Assembly (NCBI GenBank): GCA_951406725.2
Contig: OX597833.1
Span: 19,530,001-19,594,000 of the forward strand
Reading direction: 5' to 3'
Length of the DNA stretch: 64,000 nucleotides
Source of the DNA: Octopus vulgaris
Lineage: Eukaryota
Position numbers and translations under genes: made by a program. The notes under the pieces are model-generated. The model searched no databases. It was not told the origin of the DNA and saw only the letters and a list, made by a program, of their open reading frames with translations. Shown here piece by piece: positions 52,830-64,000 of this stretch (its first letter is position 1; each line of letters begins with the position of its first letter).

Positions 52830-54429
52830 CTGAAATGAAAAATCACATCCACAAATAAAGTCATAAGTTCAATAATTACCCTTACTGTTTAATGATTGTG
52901 ATTTTTTTGTAGTGGATTTGTGTCAGTGATCAAGTATCAGTTTCATCAACATCATCATCAACTTAATGACAGGCGCAGGAGTGGCTGTGTGGTAAGTAGC
53001 TTGCTTACCAGCCACATGGTTCCGGGTTCAGTCCCACTGCGTGGCACCTTGGGCAAGTGTCTTCTACTATAGCCTCAGGCTGACTAAAGCCTTGTGAGTG
53101 GATTTGGTAGACAGAAACTGAAAGAAGCTCATCGTATATATGTAAATGTATATATATGTGTTTGTATGTCTGTGTTTGTCCCCCTAACATCGCTTGACTA
53201 TCGATGCTGGTGTGTTTACATCCCTGTAACTTAGTAGTTCGGCAAAAGAGACCAATAGAATAAGTACTAGGCTTACAAAGAATAAGTGCTAGGGTCGATT
53301 TGCTCGACTAAAGGCGGTGCTCCAGCATGGCCTCAGTCAAATGATTGAAACACGTAAAAGAGTATGGGTAGAACAGACTTTTCTGAGGCAGATTTTCTAT
53401 GGTTAGATACCCTTGTTGTTGTCAATCCTCATCTACTTCCAAGTGAGGTAATATTTCTCCATGGCTATGTAAAAGTGCCACCATGCAGCACCATGTTAAA
53501 GCATCCAACACACCCAGTAAAATGGTTGGAGTTAGGAAGGGCTGTAGAAACCATGCCAAATCATGTCTGATCCAACCCATGCCAGCATGGACAATGGACA
53601 TTAAATGATGATGATGATGGTATTGGGGAGACATACACACACACATCATACGTTTTTTTCAGTTTCTTATTACTTTATTGCCCACAAGGGGCTAAACATA
53701 GAGGGGACAAACAAGAACAGATAAAGGGATTAGGTCGATCCCAGAGCACAACTGGTACTTAATTTATCGACCCCGAAAGGATGAAAGGCAAAGTCGACCT
53801 CAGCGGAATTTGAACTCAGAACGTAATGGCAGACAAAATACCGCTTAGCATTTTGCCCAGCATGCTAACATTTCTACCAGCTCGCCGCCTTCTTTTTTTC
53901 AGTTTCTGCCTACCAAATCCTCTCATTAGGCTTTTGTTGGCCGAGAGCTATAGTAAGAGATACTTGCCCAAGGAGTCATGCAGTGGAAACTTCTTACTAC
54001 ACAGCCACATGTGCATTGAAAATTTTGACACCAAATAATAAATATTTAAGTGAAGTTCACACCTTTTGTGTTTTGTTTTGTTTGTTTTTTTGAATGGCTA
54101 TATCTCTTCATGTCTCAGCTCAAATCCTTTTCCAGGCAGGTACATCTCCAAGATCATTTAATAATTATAAGGAGGAGGAATAATTACCTTAATCATTTAG
54201 CAATTTATTGTTTAATAAGCCACAGCTTGTATTGTCTTTCTTAGTGCACATATATTTCACACCAGAAGGGAGGTCACTGTCTTTTTACGTATTACTTAGA
54301 GATGTAATATTTCAGTCCACATTATCATTTCACGTTTACTTTCCATATTGGCATAGGTTGGACAGTTTGACAAGATCCAATGGATTACAAGGAAAAAAGC
54401 ATAAATACAATATAATAAAACAGACTTAC

Positions 54430-54501
54430 CCTACCAGGAGGTAAAGAATGCTTCCTTGACTTTCTTGTAATATTGGTTTCCTTCAAGGATTTTCTCTTTG
54501 C
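54430..54501 (-). CDS. CXXC1: CXXC1 basic-region exon (AKRKSLKETNITRKSRKHSLPPGR)
   Basis: Acceptor atttttcag, donor gtaagt. 72 nt, phase 0 to 0. Lys/Arg-rich like the CFP1 basic domain. Confidence 0.75.
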
Positions 54502-55121
54502 CTGAAAAATATTTTTTATAAATATAAGAGTGAAATTCAGTTTGTTAAATATTTACCAAGAAAATAACAACACAGAATGCTAATAAATCAGGGTTTCAAT
54601 TCCTGTCATCAACATCCAATGAAAACAATTGACATGGAGGATAAACTTACTGTTAAAGGCTTTTTTGGAAGAAGTTCAGCATAATGGATGCTGAGGATAA
54701 TCTAGCTGAGTCAGGGGATGAAATGGAACTCTCAACTTTGAATGATGCTTAGAAAAATATTTGGTCAAACTGTATCTGTGAGTTTATAAGTTTTCCATAA
54801 GTAGAAAGTCTACTTCAAATTGGCAGATATTGAGAGACTTGCAAATGAAACAGGGTTTGGAGAATTCATAGAAGACGATGTGGTTGTTGAGTTGCTTGTC
54901 CCATAGAGTATGTTTATTACACACATGTGAGTGAGAACACTTTGAGATATTTTGGTATCTAACATATGTCAGATACTGCAAGCGCTGCTTCTGATTGGTC
55001 AATCCATGGTGATGACTCGAGGTCACGGTGACAGCACTACTTTTGTCATTCATAAGTTACAACTAAACTTCGAAGAATTTAGTTACTGGGTTAATAAAAT
55101 ATGGTCGTTTATTCGTGTGTA

Positions 55122-55282
55122 ATAAATAAAATACCAAACTCATTCCCTATGGATACCGTATTTATTACAACTCGTGGCTTGTAAACGTATCTAACTCACT
55201 TTCGCTCGTTAGATACGTTTACAAGCCACTCGTCATAATAAATACGGTATCCATAGGGAACTCGTTTGGTATTCTCTATTTA
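55122..55282. repeat. Palindromic (hairpin) element, arms about 75 bp, in a CXXC1 intron
   Basis: Perfect blocks ttccctatggataccgtatttatt / aataaatacggtatccatagggaa and gtggcttgtaaacgtatctaac / gttagatacgtttacaagccac. Confidence 0.9.
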
Positions 55283-55624
55283 TCTAACAAGGACTTGATA
55301 CTGTTCGAATAAGAGCAAGCGGAGAGAATACAGAAATTCCAGTTTTGTGTCACATCCTTAGCAAACTCTGAACTCTCAGAGTGAGAGAAAGGGACTGGGT
55401 TCCAAATATCTCTATAACAACACTCACTCAATGAACCAAACTACCTGGATAGACAAGCATTTCTAGAAAGCATCACTAAATGGGAGATGTAAAGGACACT
55501 TTGGTGACATCTCCTTCTCTGCCAACTACAAAAACTAACTGCTCCTTTTTTGAGGAATTGGGATTGATTGAGAAGTGTTCATTGTTCTACTAGATTGTTG
55601 AACTTCGAAGATAAATAAACTTAC

Positions 55625-55673
55625 CCTTCTAACTTTCTTGACCTCTGGCAGACCTTCTTGTTCTGGCAAACCT
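55625..55673 (-). CDS. CXXC1: CXXC1 small linker exon (R-GLPEQEGLPEVKKVRR)
   Basis: Acceptor ttattcag after a T-rich tract, donor gtaagt. 49 nt, phase 2 to 0; restores the frame. Confidence 0.72.
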
Positions 55674-56560
55674 CTGAATAAATAGTATTAAAAAAAAGGA
55701 AGAAAATTAATATGCCGATATTTAAATAAGTCAATCAGTAATTGTTGTTTACCAAATAATTTATAAAGATTTCAGACGAAAATTTTTTATCACTTTTGAC
55801 AAGGTGGAGGAATAGATCCCCACTGTAAATAACTAGGGTAGTATATCATCATTGGTAGAGGCCAGTGTGTAGCAAAGCCATTGAGAAGAAGGCCCTAAAA
55901 TAGTGTGTATCTTCTCTAGGTGACCTCCAGAAACCTACAGATGTTTCCAGTATGTAGAGCTTTTGATTAACAGCAATTGCACAAGCAAGCTGTTTGCAAG
56001 TCTTTCCCACAGTGTTTTGCTGAACTTGCAATACTGGGTTTAAATTCTCACATGGAGCAAGAAGACAAGGCAACAGAAGAACGATCCAGCATACACTGTT
56101 TTGAATCCCTACATGATGTGAAGGCACATGGCTCAGTGGTTAGAACACTGGGCTCACAATCATGAGGTAGTGAGTTCAATTACCGAACTGGGCTGTGTTG
56201 TGTTCTTGAGCAAGATACTTTATTTCATGGTGCTCCAGTTCACTCAGCTGTAGAAATGAGTTGCGACATCACTGATGCCAAGCTGTATCAGCCTTTGCCT
56301 TTCCCTTGGATAACATCAGTGGCCTGGAGAGGAGACGTGGGTATGCATGGGCGACTACTGGTCTTCCATAAACAACCGTGTCCAAACTTGTGCCTCGGAG
56401 GGTAACTTTCTAGGAGCAATCCCATGGTCATTCATGACTAAAGGGGGTCTTCACTCCTTTACCCTTTTACATGAAGATGAGATTATCAATGTTGCCAACA
56501 ACATAATGAATTACAAGATAGCATTTGATATAGTAAGTCTGCTAAACATTTGGCACATAC

Positions 56561-56673
56561 CTCAAACCTTCCATTTGTATATCAACTGACTCTGTGGCAG
56601 AGATAAGACCACGGTTATCTCTTTCTTTCTCCTCTGGTCGCAGTTTCCATTTCTGACCTGACAAGATGAGACC
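56561..56673 (-). CDS. CXXC1: CXXC1 linker exon (GLILSGQKWKLRPEEKERDNRGLISATESVDIQMEGL)
   Basis: Acceptor tttctccttcatag, donor gtatgt. 113 nt, phase 0 to 2, open and phase-compatible with both neighbours. Confidence 0.72.
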
Positions 56674-57786
56674 CTATGAAGGAGAAATAAACAAAATATA
56701 CAATTAGATATTCTTTATCTTGTGCTAGTTTTAGCGGTTAGAGCACAGTCATGCTGGAGCATTACTTTCAAGATTTTAGTTGAAGATTATAGAAACTAGT
56801 GCTTTGTTTGGTACCGATTTCAACTTTGGAAGAAAAGGCAAAGTCAGGGTGGATATTATTTGAACTCAGAAAGTAAAATAAATATAACTAAGAGTGTGTA
56901 ATTAATAAGGTAGCTTTAAGGCGGTGAGCTGGCAGAAACGTTAGCACACCAGGTGAAATGTTTAGCGATATTTCGTTTGCTGTTACGTTCTGAGTTCAAA
57001 TTCCGCCGAGGTCGACTTTGCCTTTCATCCTTTCGGGGTCGATAAATTAAGTACCAGTTATGCACTGGGGTCGATGTAATCGACTTAATCCCTTTGTCTG
57101 TCCTTGTTTGTCCCTTCTATGTTTAGCCCCTTTTGGGCAATAAAGAAATAAGAAGGTAGCTTTGCAACCACATCGTTTTGAATCCAGTCCCACTGCTTGG
57201 TACCTTGGGCAAGTGTCTTTTTATATAGCCCTAGGCCAAGTAATGCCTTGTGAGTGAATCTAGCTAAAAACTGTGAGGAAGCCTGTTGTATTTGTGAAAA
57301 AGAGAGAGAGAGTGTGTGTGTGTGTGTGTGTGTGTCTTTTTGTGCTTGTCTCCACCACTGCTTGGCCAGTGCTGGTTTCTTTACATCCCCATAACTTTAC
57401 AGTTTGACAAAGGAGACCAATAGAAAAAGTACCAAACTTTAAAAAAAAAAAGTACTGGGTTCAATTTGTTTAACTTAAACCTTCAAAGCAGTGCCCCAGC
57501 ATGGCCACAATTCAATGACTGAAACAAGTAAAAGATAAACGATAAAAAAGAAACCACAAAGTATTTTATTTCACTCTGTTGATTTTTGCTATCCAACTGG
57601 TGTATATATCTATAAATACAAATATATCTGATAGGGCTTCTCTGCAGTTTCTATTAAGCAAATTTTGCTTGCAAGGCTTTGGTCAACCTGAAACTATAGC
57701 AGAAGACACTTGCCCAAGGTGATGTATGGTTGGACAAAGGTAGAACCACATGATATTTAATTCTGAAATGAAAATTAAAATAATTA

Positions 57787-59139
57787 CCATATTTGCCAAC
57801 ATATAAGATGTACTCAGGCATTTTTACAAGTATTGGGTTGTCCGGAAAGTTTATGCCGATTTATAGTAGCTTACCTTTCAACTTATTTTAGAACATGTTT
57901 GAGTCCATAAAATAGGATTTAACTACACCTCCATTTAGAGCATAGTTTAAGCTATCTTTTTGTGGAAGAAGGTTTATGTTCCTATAACCTGTGTTAATTC
58001 TGTAACCCTTTAAAATGGAAGATGAGACAGTTCATTTTCAGTACATGATGCTTTGGGAATCAGACAAAAATTGCTGCAGCTCGGCTGGGATGTGTTACCT
58101 CACCCTCCATATTCACCAGATATTGCTCCTTCGGATTTCCACTTATTCAGGTCTCTGCAGAATAGTCTTAATGGTAAAAATTTCAATTCCTTGCATGACG
58201 TAAAAAGATACCTTGATGAATTCTTTGCCATGAAACCCCCTCAATTCTGGGAAGAGGGTATTTTCAAGTTAATTGAAAGATGGAGATGCATTGTGCAACA
58301 AAATGGTTCATATTTGGTTGATTAAAAATGTAATGACAACTATTTATTGACCTTTTTCTTTACTTAAAAAATTGGCATGAACTTTCTGGACAACCCAATA
58401 TATTTTATAAGTATATTTTGTAGAGGAAAACAAATCTGGCATGTTTGCACATTTACTACAGTGGTTTGTAAGGGGCAAAATACATTATTCTGAGATATAA
58501 ATACAATGCTGTCACATTATACTGGGATAAAGTGTGAAACTATAAATTTATCATGTAGTGTATTTCAGTTTTATCTTCTTTCAAATCAACTGTATGGCTG
58601 TCCATATTTTGGTCAAGAGAATTGCTATTAGGATGTAAAACTCATATTTTTGGCTGTCATGTTTCATGTTACTGTGGTCAGCCACCAAGGTAGTGCACAA
58701 CCACTACGGTTTTGTTGTCATCTGCTCATTGCAGATAACTAACTGGTAGATGGAAGTTTAATATTCCTTTCATATTTCTGGGAAAATTTTCATTTAGATA
58801 ATTTTTAAAAAATGATTCTTAAAAGGTAACACAGCCATTAGATAATGTAAGCCACATATCAGGTATGGGTTATGTATGCTGGAGAAGGGTGTAAAATAAG
58901 ATGATATGACCTCTCCACACAACTACTGACATACTGTAAACAATTTTAGATAAATTGGTGCAAACAAACTGTGACAATTGGGGTTGTTTTCAATATGTAA
59001 ATATATGTAACAATTATTGTGCCAAACAGATTTATGCTCATCTAGTCTATAAATCTCAGCCTCCTGTTGTAATATGGCTGCATAAGATTTTTGATACATT
59101 AAAAAAAAAAAAGTCAGTCTTATATACTGGCAAATACGG
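57787..59139. mobile_element. pogo/Tc2-like non-autonomous DNA transposon hosting a nested mariner
   Basis: Imperfect TIRs ccatatttgccaacatataaga / tcttatatactggcaaatacgg; TA on the left flank. Confidence 0.62.
57833..58398 (+). mobile_element. Internally deleted mariner (DD34D family)
   Basis: TA|ttgggttgtccggaaagtt...aactttctggacaacccaa|TA. N-terminus MEDETVHF is joined out of frame to the C-terminus LGWDVLPHPPYSPDIAPSDFHLFRSLQN. Confidence 0.9.
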
Positions 59140-59331
59140 TTCTAGTTTTTTCTTCATGACCTAAGTATTTTTTATTAGATTTTTGCTGCTTTTCAATTAT
59201 TCTGGCTTTCTACCATTTCTGTCAATTGCCTTATTTGATTAAAGAATCATACAAGAAAAATAATTCTTATATTTAATAATGAATGATATAATAAAACAAA
59301 TGTTTCTTTTAGGTGTCTATTGAATACTTAC

Positions 59332-59400
59332 AAAATTGAGGCACTGTCGAAGACGGCATTTCTGACGAATTTTGTTTGGACCACCAAATTTTTTCATGTC
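59332..59400 (-). CDS. CXXC1: CXXC1 exon, CXXC finger second half (DMKKFGGPNKIRQKCRLRQCLNF)
   Basis: AAG acceptor, gtaagt donor. 69 nt, phase 0 to 0. DMKKFGGPNKIRQKCRLRQC is the canonical CFP1 KFGG segment. Confidence 0.95.
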
Positions 59401-59689
59401 CTTTACAAAATAGAAAGATTTTATGTTAAATATGAGATGTTAATCTAAAATGTAGGAAAAGAGAGCCCTGGAAAAATTGCTTCCATTGGTAGGTGGTCTT
59501 ATATTGGTCAAAATTACAAATGGAAATTAAATAAACAATTATGTCACAAGTAAAATAATGATCATTAATAAGAAAATGAAAATAGAACAAAAGTGTTTAA
59601 AGTCTTAATCTAGAATTATTGAAGATTGTAAGATAGGTTTTTAAATAATCATTATTAATGATGTGTTCATTAATGATGTTGCATAGGAT

Positions 59690-60060
59690 TTATTTACGCT
59701 CTTGGTAACTAGCAAGGCATCATCTCTGTAGGGGTTAGGGAAATGTATTTGGAGCTGGTGGAGTATGTATAGTCCAACTAGGTCGGTGACCTGGGCAGAA
59801 TCAGATGATCCCATAGTAATGTCAAATAAATTGCTATGGTTACTGTTATAGTGATTGGCTCAGCACCAGAGTTTGTCCTCAAAAAATATATATATATATA
59901 ATGAATATGCATGTACACAGGAAACTGAAATTTTAGAATGTTGGTACAAATGCTCTTTCTTAATTGTGGCTAAAATTTGACATACATCTGATTTGTCTTT
60001 CGTGAGTAATTGAGAATATACTGAAATTGGCTGTCTGAAGTTATTATGCAAATGTTGGAA
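59690..60060 (-). pseudogene. Penelope-like element reverse transcriptase remnant
   Basis: On -: LFDITMGSSDSAQVTDLVGLYILHQL resembles the PLE RT motif FDVTMGSxDGAExxELVGLYxL. Stops and frameshifts surround it. Confidence 0.6.
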
Positions 60061-60570
60061 TTCATATTTTTACAAACAGAAACTCTATGAAAGAAGCAAA
60101 CAGTACAACAGTAAGGTAGAACTGTGGTATGCTATACAAAGTATTACAGCTGCAGTTTTGCCAGATCAAATTGGAAAACTTGATGGAGAACAGATTAATA
60201 AGAGGAGGCTGAGGGCTGATCCTTGGTGGACTCCTACTTCTACCTGGAATTCTTCACTCTACATATATATACATATATATGTAAATATATATATATAATG
60301 GGCTTCTTTCAGTTTCTACCAAATCCACTTCCAAGGCTTTGGTGAGCCTGAGGCTATAGTAGAAAACACTTGCCCAAAGTCTTACACTTTGTCTAAAAAA
60401 CAATTCAAGATGGTCATGGCTGAAATGTCTCTGATCATAAGTCTGCTTGAACTGGACCAATTTAGGGCTAAATAAGCAACATGAGGATAATAGTCCAGAT
60501 TTGAACAACCAAGTAATTTTTCTCCATAGAACCAGTATTAAAAAAAATAAGCAGAATAGTTTATTTATAC

Positions 60571-60666
60571 CTTGCAGAAATCACAACGGCTGCAATCTTC
60601 CTGTCGATGACATGATATACATTCTCCACACCGCCGAGATGACTTTTTCTTCTGTTTAGTTTTGTC
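60571..60666 (-). CDS. CXXC1: CXXC1 exon, CXXC zinc finger first half (DKTKQKKKSSRRCGECISCHRQEDCSRCDFCK)
   Basis: Acceptor tttttctttag, donor gtataa. 96 nt, phase 0 to 0. CGxCxxC-x5-CxxCxxC pattern. Confidence 0.93.
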
Positions 60667-61149
60667 CTAAAGAAAAAAACATAAAGAAATGAAGGCTAGA
60701 AAGAAAAAAATTTTTTAAATGAAGCTTCAGTAAGTAAGCACCATCCCATGTCCTAGGACTCAGAATCGGTTGCCCAGTTTTCATGGCATATATAATGTGA
60801 CCAAGATCACAACATTCCCCTTAAATGGAGCGCTAGTCCATTACAGTGTTACTCAGATGTCAAGTGGTGGCGGGGGCAAACACAGACACAAAAACATGTG
60901 TATATATACAACAGGCTTCTTTCAGTTTCCATCTACCCAATCCACTCACAAGGCTTTGGTCAGCCCGAGGCTAGAGTAGAGACCGATAGAATAAGTACTA
61001 GGCTTACAAAGAATAAGTCCTGGGGTCGATTTGCTTGACTAAAGGCAGTGCTCCAGCATGGCTGCAGTCAAATGACTGAAACAAGTAAAAGAGTAAAAAG
61101 AGAAAGAGTAAAAATAATTGAACAAGAAATGAATAGAATCAATATTTAC

Positions 61150-61274
61150 TTTGTCTTTCTTTTGTGGTATTTCTTTTTGATGTTTCTCTGTATCACTAGA
61201 ATCGCTTGCTTGATACTTCTTGTCTCTCATAACTTTCTTGGCTTTGTACTGTATCTCCAATGTTTTATCATTCT
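61150..61274 (-). CDS. CXXC1: CXXC1 exon (E-NDKTLEIQYKAKKVMRDKKYQASDSSDTEKHQKEIPQKKDK)
   Basis: Acceptor ttaatttcag, donor gtaaat. 125 nt, phase 1 to 0. LEIxY(R/K) follows the PHD finger as in CFP1 proteins. Confidence 0.85.
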
Positions 61275-61292
61275 CTGAAATTAAGAGAAGGT

Positions 61293-61640
61293 AGCAAAGA
61301 AATAGCTAAGAAGTTCAACAGACACCACAGAAGCTAAGGAAAGAATGAAGTAAGCCAATATTGCTTGACTTGCTAGAAATAGCAGCCAAATCTTTCTCAG
61401 ATCACAACTAAGCAAAAAAATAGCTAAGTTCAACAGACACTACAGAATCTGAGGGAAGAATGAAGTAAGTCAATATTGCTTGACAGCTAGAAATAACAGC
61501 CAAATCTCCCTCAGATCACAACTAAGCAAAGAAATAGCTGAGAAGTTCAACAGACACCACAGAATCTGAGGGAAGAATGAAGTAAGCCAATATTGCTTGA
61601 CTTGCTAGAAATAGCAGCCAAATCTCCCTTGGATCGCATC
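61293..61640. repeat. Tandem repeat, unit about 115-118 bp, 3 copies
   Basis: agcaaagaaatagct...gttcaacagacac...gaatgaagtaag...gctagaaat...cagatcacaacta repeated. Confidence 0.9.
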
Positions 61641-62435
61641 TAACCATCTTGAAAAACAATGCATTGGATAATGTAGCCCTACACATACAAGGCCCATGAA
61701 AAGGACTGGATTCACAGGCTAGTATACCTTTGATCATGGATCATGAGGGACAGGTAAGTGGAGATACTTGTTAATATAAATTGCAAATGTAAGATAGTGA
61801 GCTGGCAGAATCATTAGCATGCTGAGCAAAATGCTCAGCGGTATTTCATCATCATCATCATCATCATCATCGTTTAACGTCCGTTCTCCATGCTAGCATG
61901 GGTTGGACGGTTCGACCGGGGATCTGGGAAGCCAGAAGGCTGCACCAGGCTCCGGTCTTATCTGGCAATGTTTCTACAGCTGGATGCCCTTCCTAACGCC
62001 AACCACTCCGTGAGTGTAGTGGGTGCTTTTTACGTGCCACCTGCATCCATCTTTATGTACTGAGTTCAAATTCTGAGGCCAACTTTGCCAGTCATCCTTT
62101 CAGAGTCAAGAAAAATAAGGGCCAGTTGAACACTGGGGTTTTATATAATCAACTTACGCACACCCTATAAATTGCTGGCCTTTTATCAAAATTTGAAACC
62201 AATATGATCTGACAAAACACAAAATTATTGATAATCTGGCTGTATCTGCAACCATAGGGAGGTTGTCTCCCTTGTCAGCTCATTAAGATAGTGCTTTTGC
62301 TGGCTATTGAGTTGTTTTGACTCTTATTTCTAGCAATACTGGTGCTGATTAGTGCCCTTGTTCACTTTAGTGACATATGTATATTTTTTGCTTTTAGATT
62401 GTAAAATTGCGAATTAGCCACCCATATTATTTATA

Positions 62436-62473
<38 letters not shown>

Positions 62474-63808
62474 CCATCGTTACCAGCGTCGCCTTACTGG
62501 CACTTGTGCCAGTGACACGTAAAAAAAAAATTTTTTTTCGTGGCCGTTGCCAGTACCGCCTGTCTGGCCCTCATGCCAGTGGCACATAAAAGCACCCACT
62601 ACACTCTTGGAGTGGTTGGCGTTAGGAAGGGCATCAAGCTGTAGAAACTCTGCCAGATCAGATTGGAGCCTGGTGCACCCATCTGGTTTGCCAGTCCTCA
62701 GTCAAATCGTCCAACCCATGCTAGCATGGAAAGTGGATGTTAAACGATGATGATGATGATGATATATATATATATATTGTGCTTGAGGAGACCTGTTGAG
62801 TCAAGTGCATGTACATGAACATTGAACCAAATATCAATGGAAACAGTAGTTGTGATACCTGTGCTGGTGGCACATAAAAAGCACCATCCGAACGTGGCCG
62901 TTGCCAGTGCCGCCTCGACTGGCTTCTGTGCCGGTGGCACATAAAAAGCACCATCCGAACGTGACCGATGCCAACCCCGCCCGAATGGCTTCTGTGCCGG
63001 TGGCACATAAAAAGCACCATCCGAACGTGGCCGATGCCAGCCCTGCCTCAACTGGCTTCTGTGCCGGTTGCACATAAAAAGCACCATCCGAACGTGGCCG
63101 ATGCCAGCACCGCCTTGACTGGCTTCTGTGCCGGTTGCACATAAAAAGCACCAACCGATCATGGCCGATGCCAGACCCCTCTGGCACCTGTGCAGGTGGC
63201 ACATAAAAAACACCTGCTACACTCGCGGAGTGGTTGGCGTTAGGAAGGGCATCCAGCTGTAGAAACACTGCCAGATCAGACTGGAGCCTGGAGCAGCCCC
63301 TGGCTCCCCAGACCCCAGTCGAACCGTCCAACCCGTGCTAGCGTGGAAAACGGACATTAAACGATGATGATGATGATGATGATGAGATATATATATATAT
63401 ATATACAACAAGCTTCTTTCAGTTTCCATCTTTCAAATCCACTCACAAGGCTTTGGTCTGCCCGAGGCTATAGTAGAAGACACTTGCCCATGGTGCCACA
63501 CAGTGGGTATAGTCCTGAAGTCATGTGGTTGTAAAAAAAGTTTCTTAACTACACAGCCATGCCTTCAACTAATTATGAAGATATTTGTGAAAATAAAAAT
63601 AGAAAAAGTCATAATGGCTATTTGTAAAGATGGAATGGCAAGTCCTCTATAACATTGGTAAAGAGCCACTGGACAAGAGACAAACATGCGAGTCAAGTTC
63701 TGTCAATGGACATGATTTTTTTTCTTTTTTTTTTTTTGGTGGGGGTCACAAATTGATGCTTATAGTATCTAATATGAAAAGCAATCAGATGGAATGATGA
63801 CAACATAC

Positions 63809-63909
63809 CTCTGCAAGCCTCACAGAAGAATTGTTTGATCACTTTGGCTTCACTCTGTGTGACATTAATACAGTCTCCATGATACCATTCATTGCACTTA
63901 TCACAGCCA
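63809..63909 (-). CDS. CXXC1: CXXC1/CFP1 exon, PHD finger (GCDKCNEWYHGDCINVTQSEAKVIKQFFCEACR)
   Basis: Acceptor ttttcattccag, donor gtatgt. 101 nt, phase 2 to 1. Matches the CFP1/Spp1 PHD finger. The N-terminal exon(s) lie outside the window. Confidence 0.93.
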
Positions 63910-64000
63910 CTGGAATGAAAAAGATAAAGAGATAAGTAGACACAACCAAGTATATAAGATCAATGAGAATGTCTTTCATTACTGGAAAGCATCTCCGATT

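Noticed and set aside
54650-55053. 89-aa ORF on - inside a CXXC1 intron
   Set aside because: No convincing splice sites or motif, and not needed for CXXC1 frame continuity. Possibly a very old LINE remnant, but unsupported.
59860-59862. In-frame TGA in the Penelope RT relic as a possible selenocysteine codon
   Set aside because: The relic is otherwise decayed, the position is not an obvious conserved Cys, and no SECIS was recognised. Most simply a nonsense mutation.

Overview
AT-rich, repeat-dense eukaryotic DNA. The SINE families, RTE LINEs and (TA)n/(CA)n tracts look like an octopus (coleoid cephalopod) genome; that assignment is inference from recognised repeat types. Two intron-rich genes, mostly missed by the ORF track, were assembled by hand from GT-AG splice sites and reading phase, and they converge tail-to-tail. 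On +: the last 4-5 coding exons of an MFSD5/MOT2-type molybdate-anion transporter (4756-13581). On -: 13 coding exons of CXXC1/CFP1 (PHD finger, CXXC finger, SET1-interacting coiled coil, C-terminal Cys-rich region; 63909-37750; start codon lies beyond the right edge). The rest is mostly transposon-derived: a near-full-length decayed RTE LINE whose reverse transcriptase carries an inserted PHD-type C4HC3 finger, many RTE 3' ends, at least four tRNA-derived SINE families, Tc1/mariner/pogo-type and piggyBac-type MITEs, non-autonomous Helitrons, and CR1, RLE-type and Penelope remnants. The most interesting signal is a set of non-coding elements, mostly sitting in (TA)n tracts, with a shared 'inverted arm + forward copy + tail' fold-back layout. 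Three loci carry clean type I hammerhead ribozyme motifs (8140-8185, 23189-23237, 23474-23518). Two of these share a conserved large RNA fold despite diverged sequence, and one lies on the sense strand of an MFSD5 intron. Most short ORFs in the track are repeat or microsatellite artefacts.
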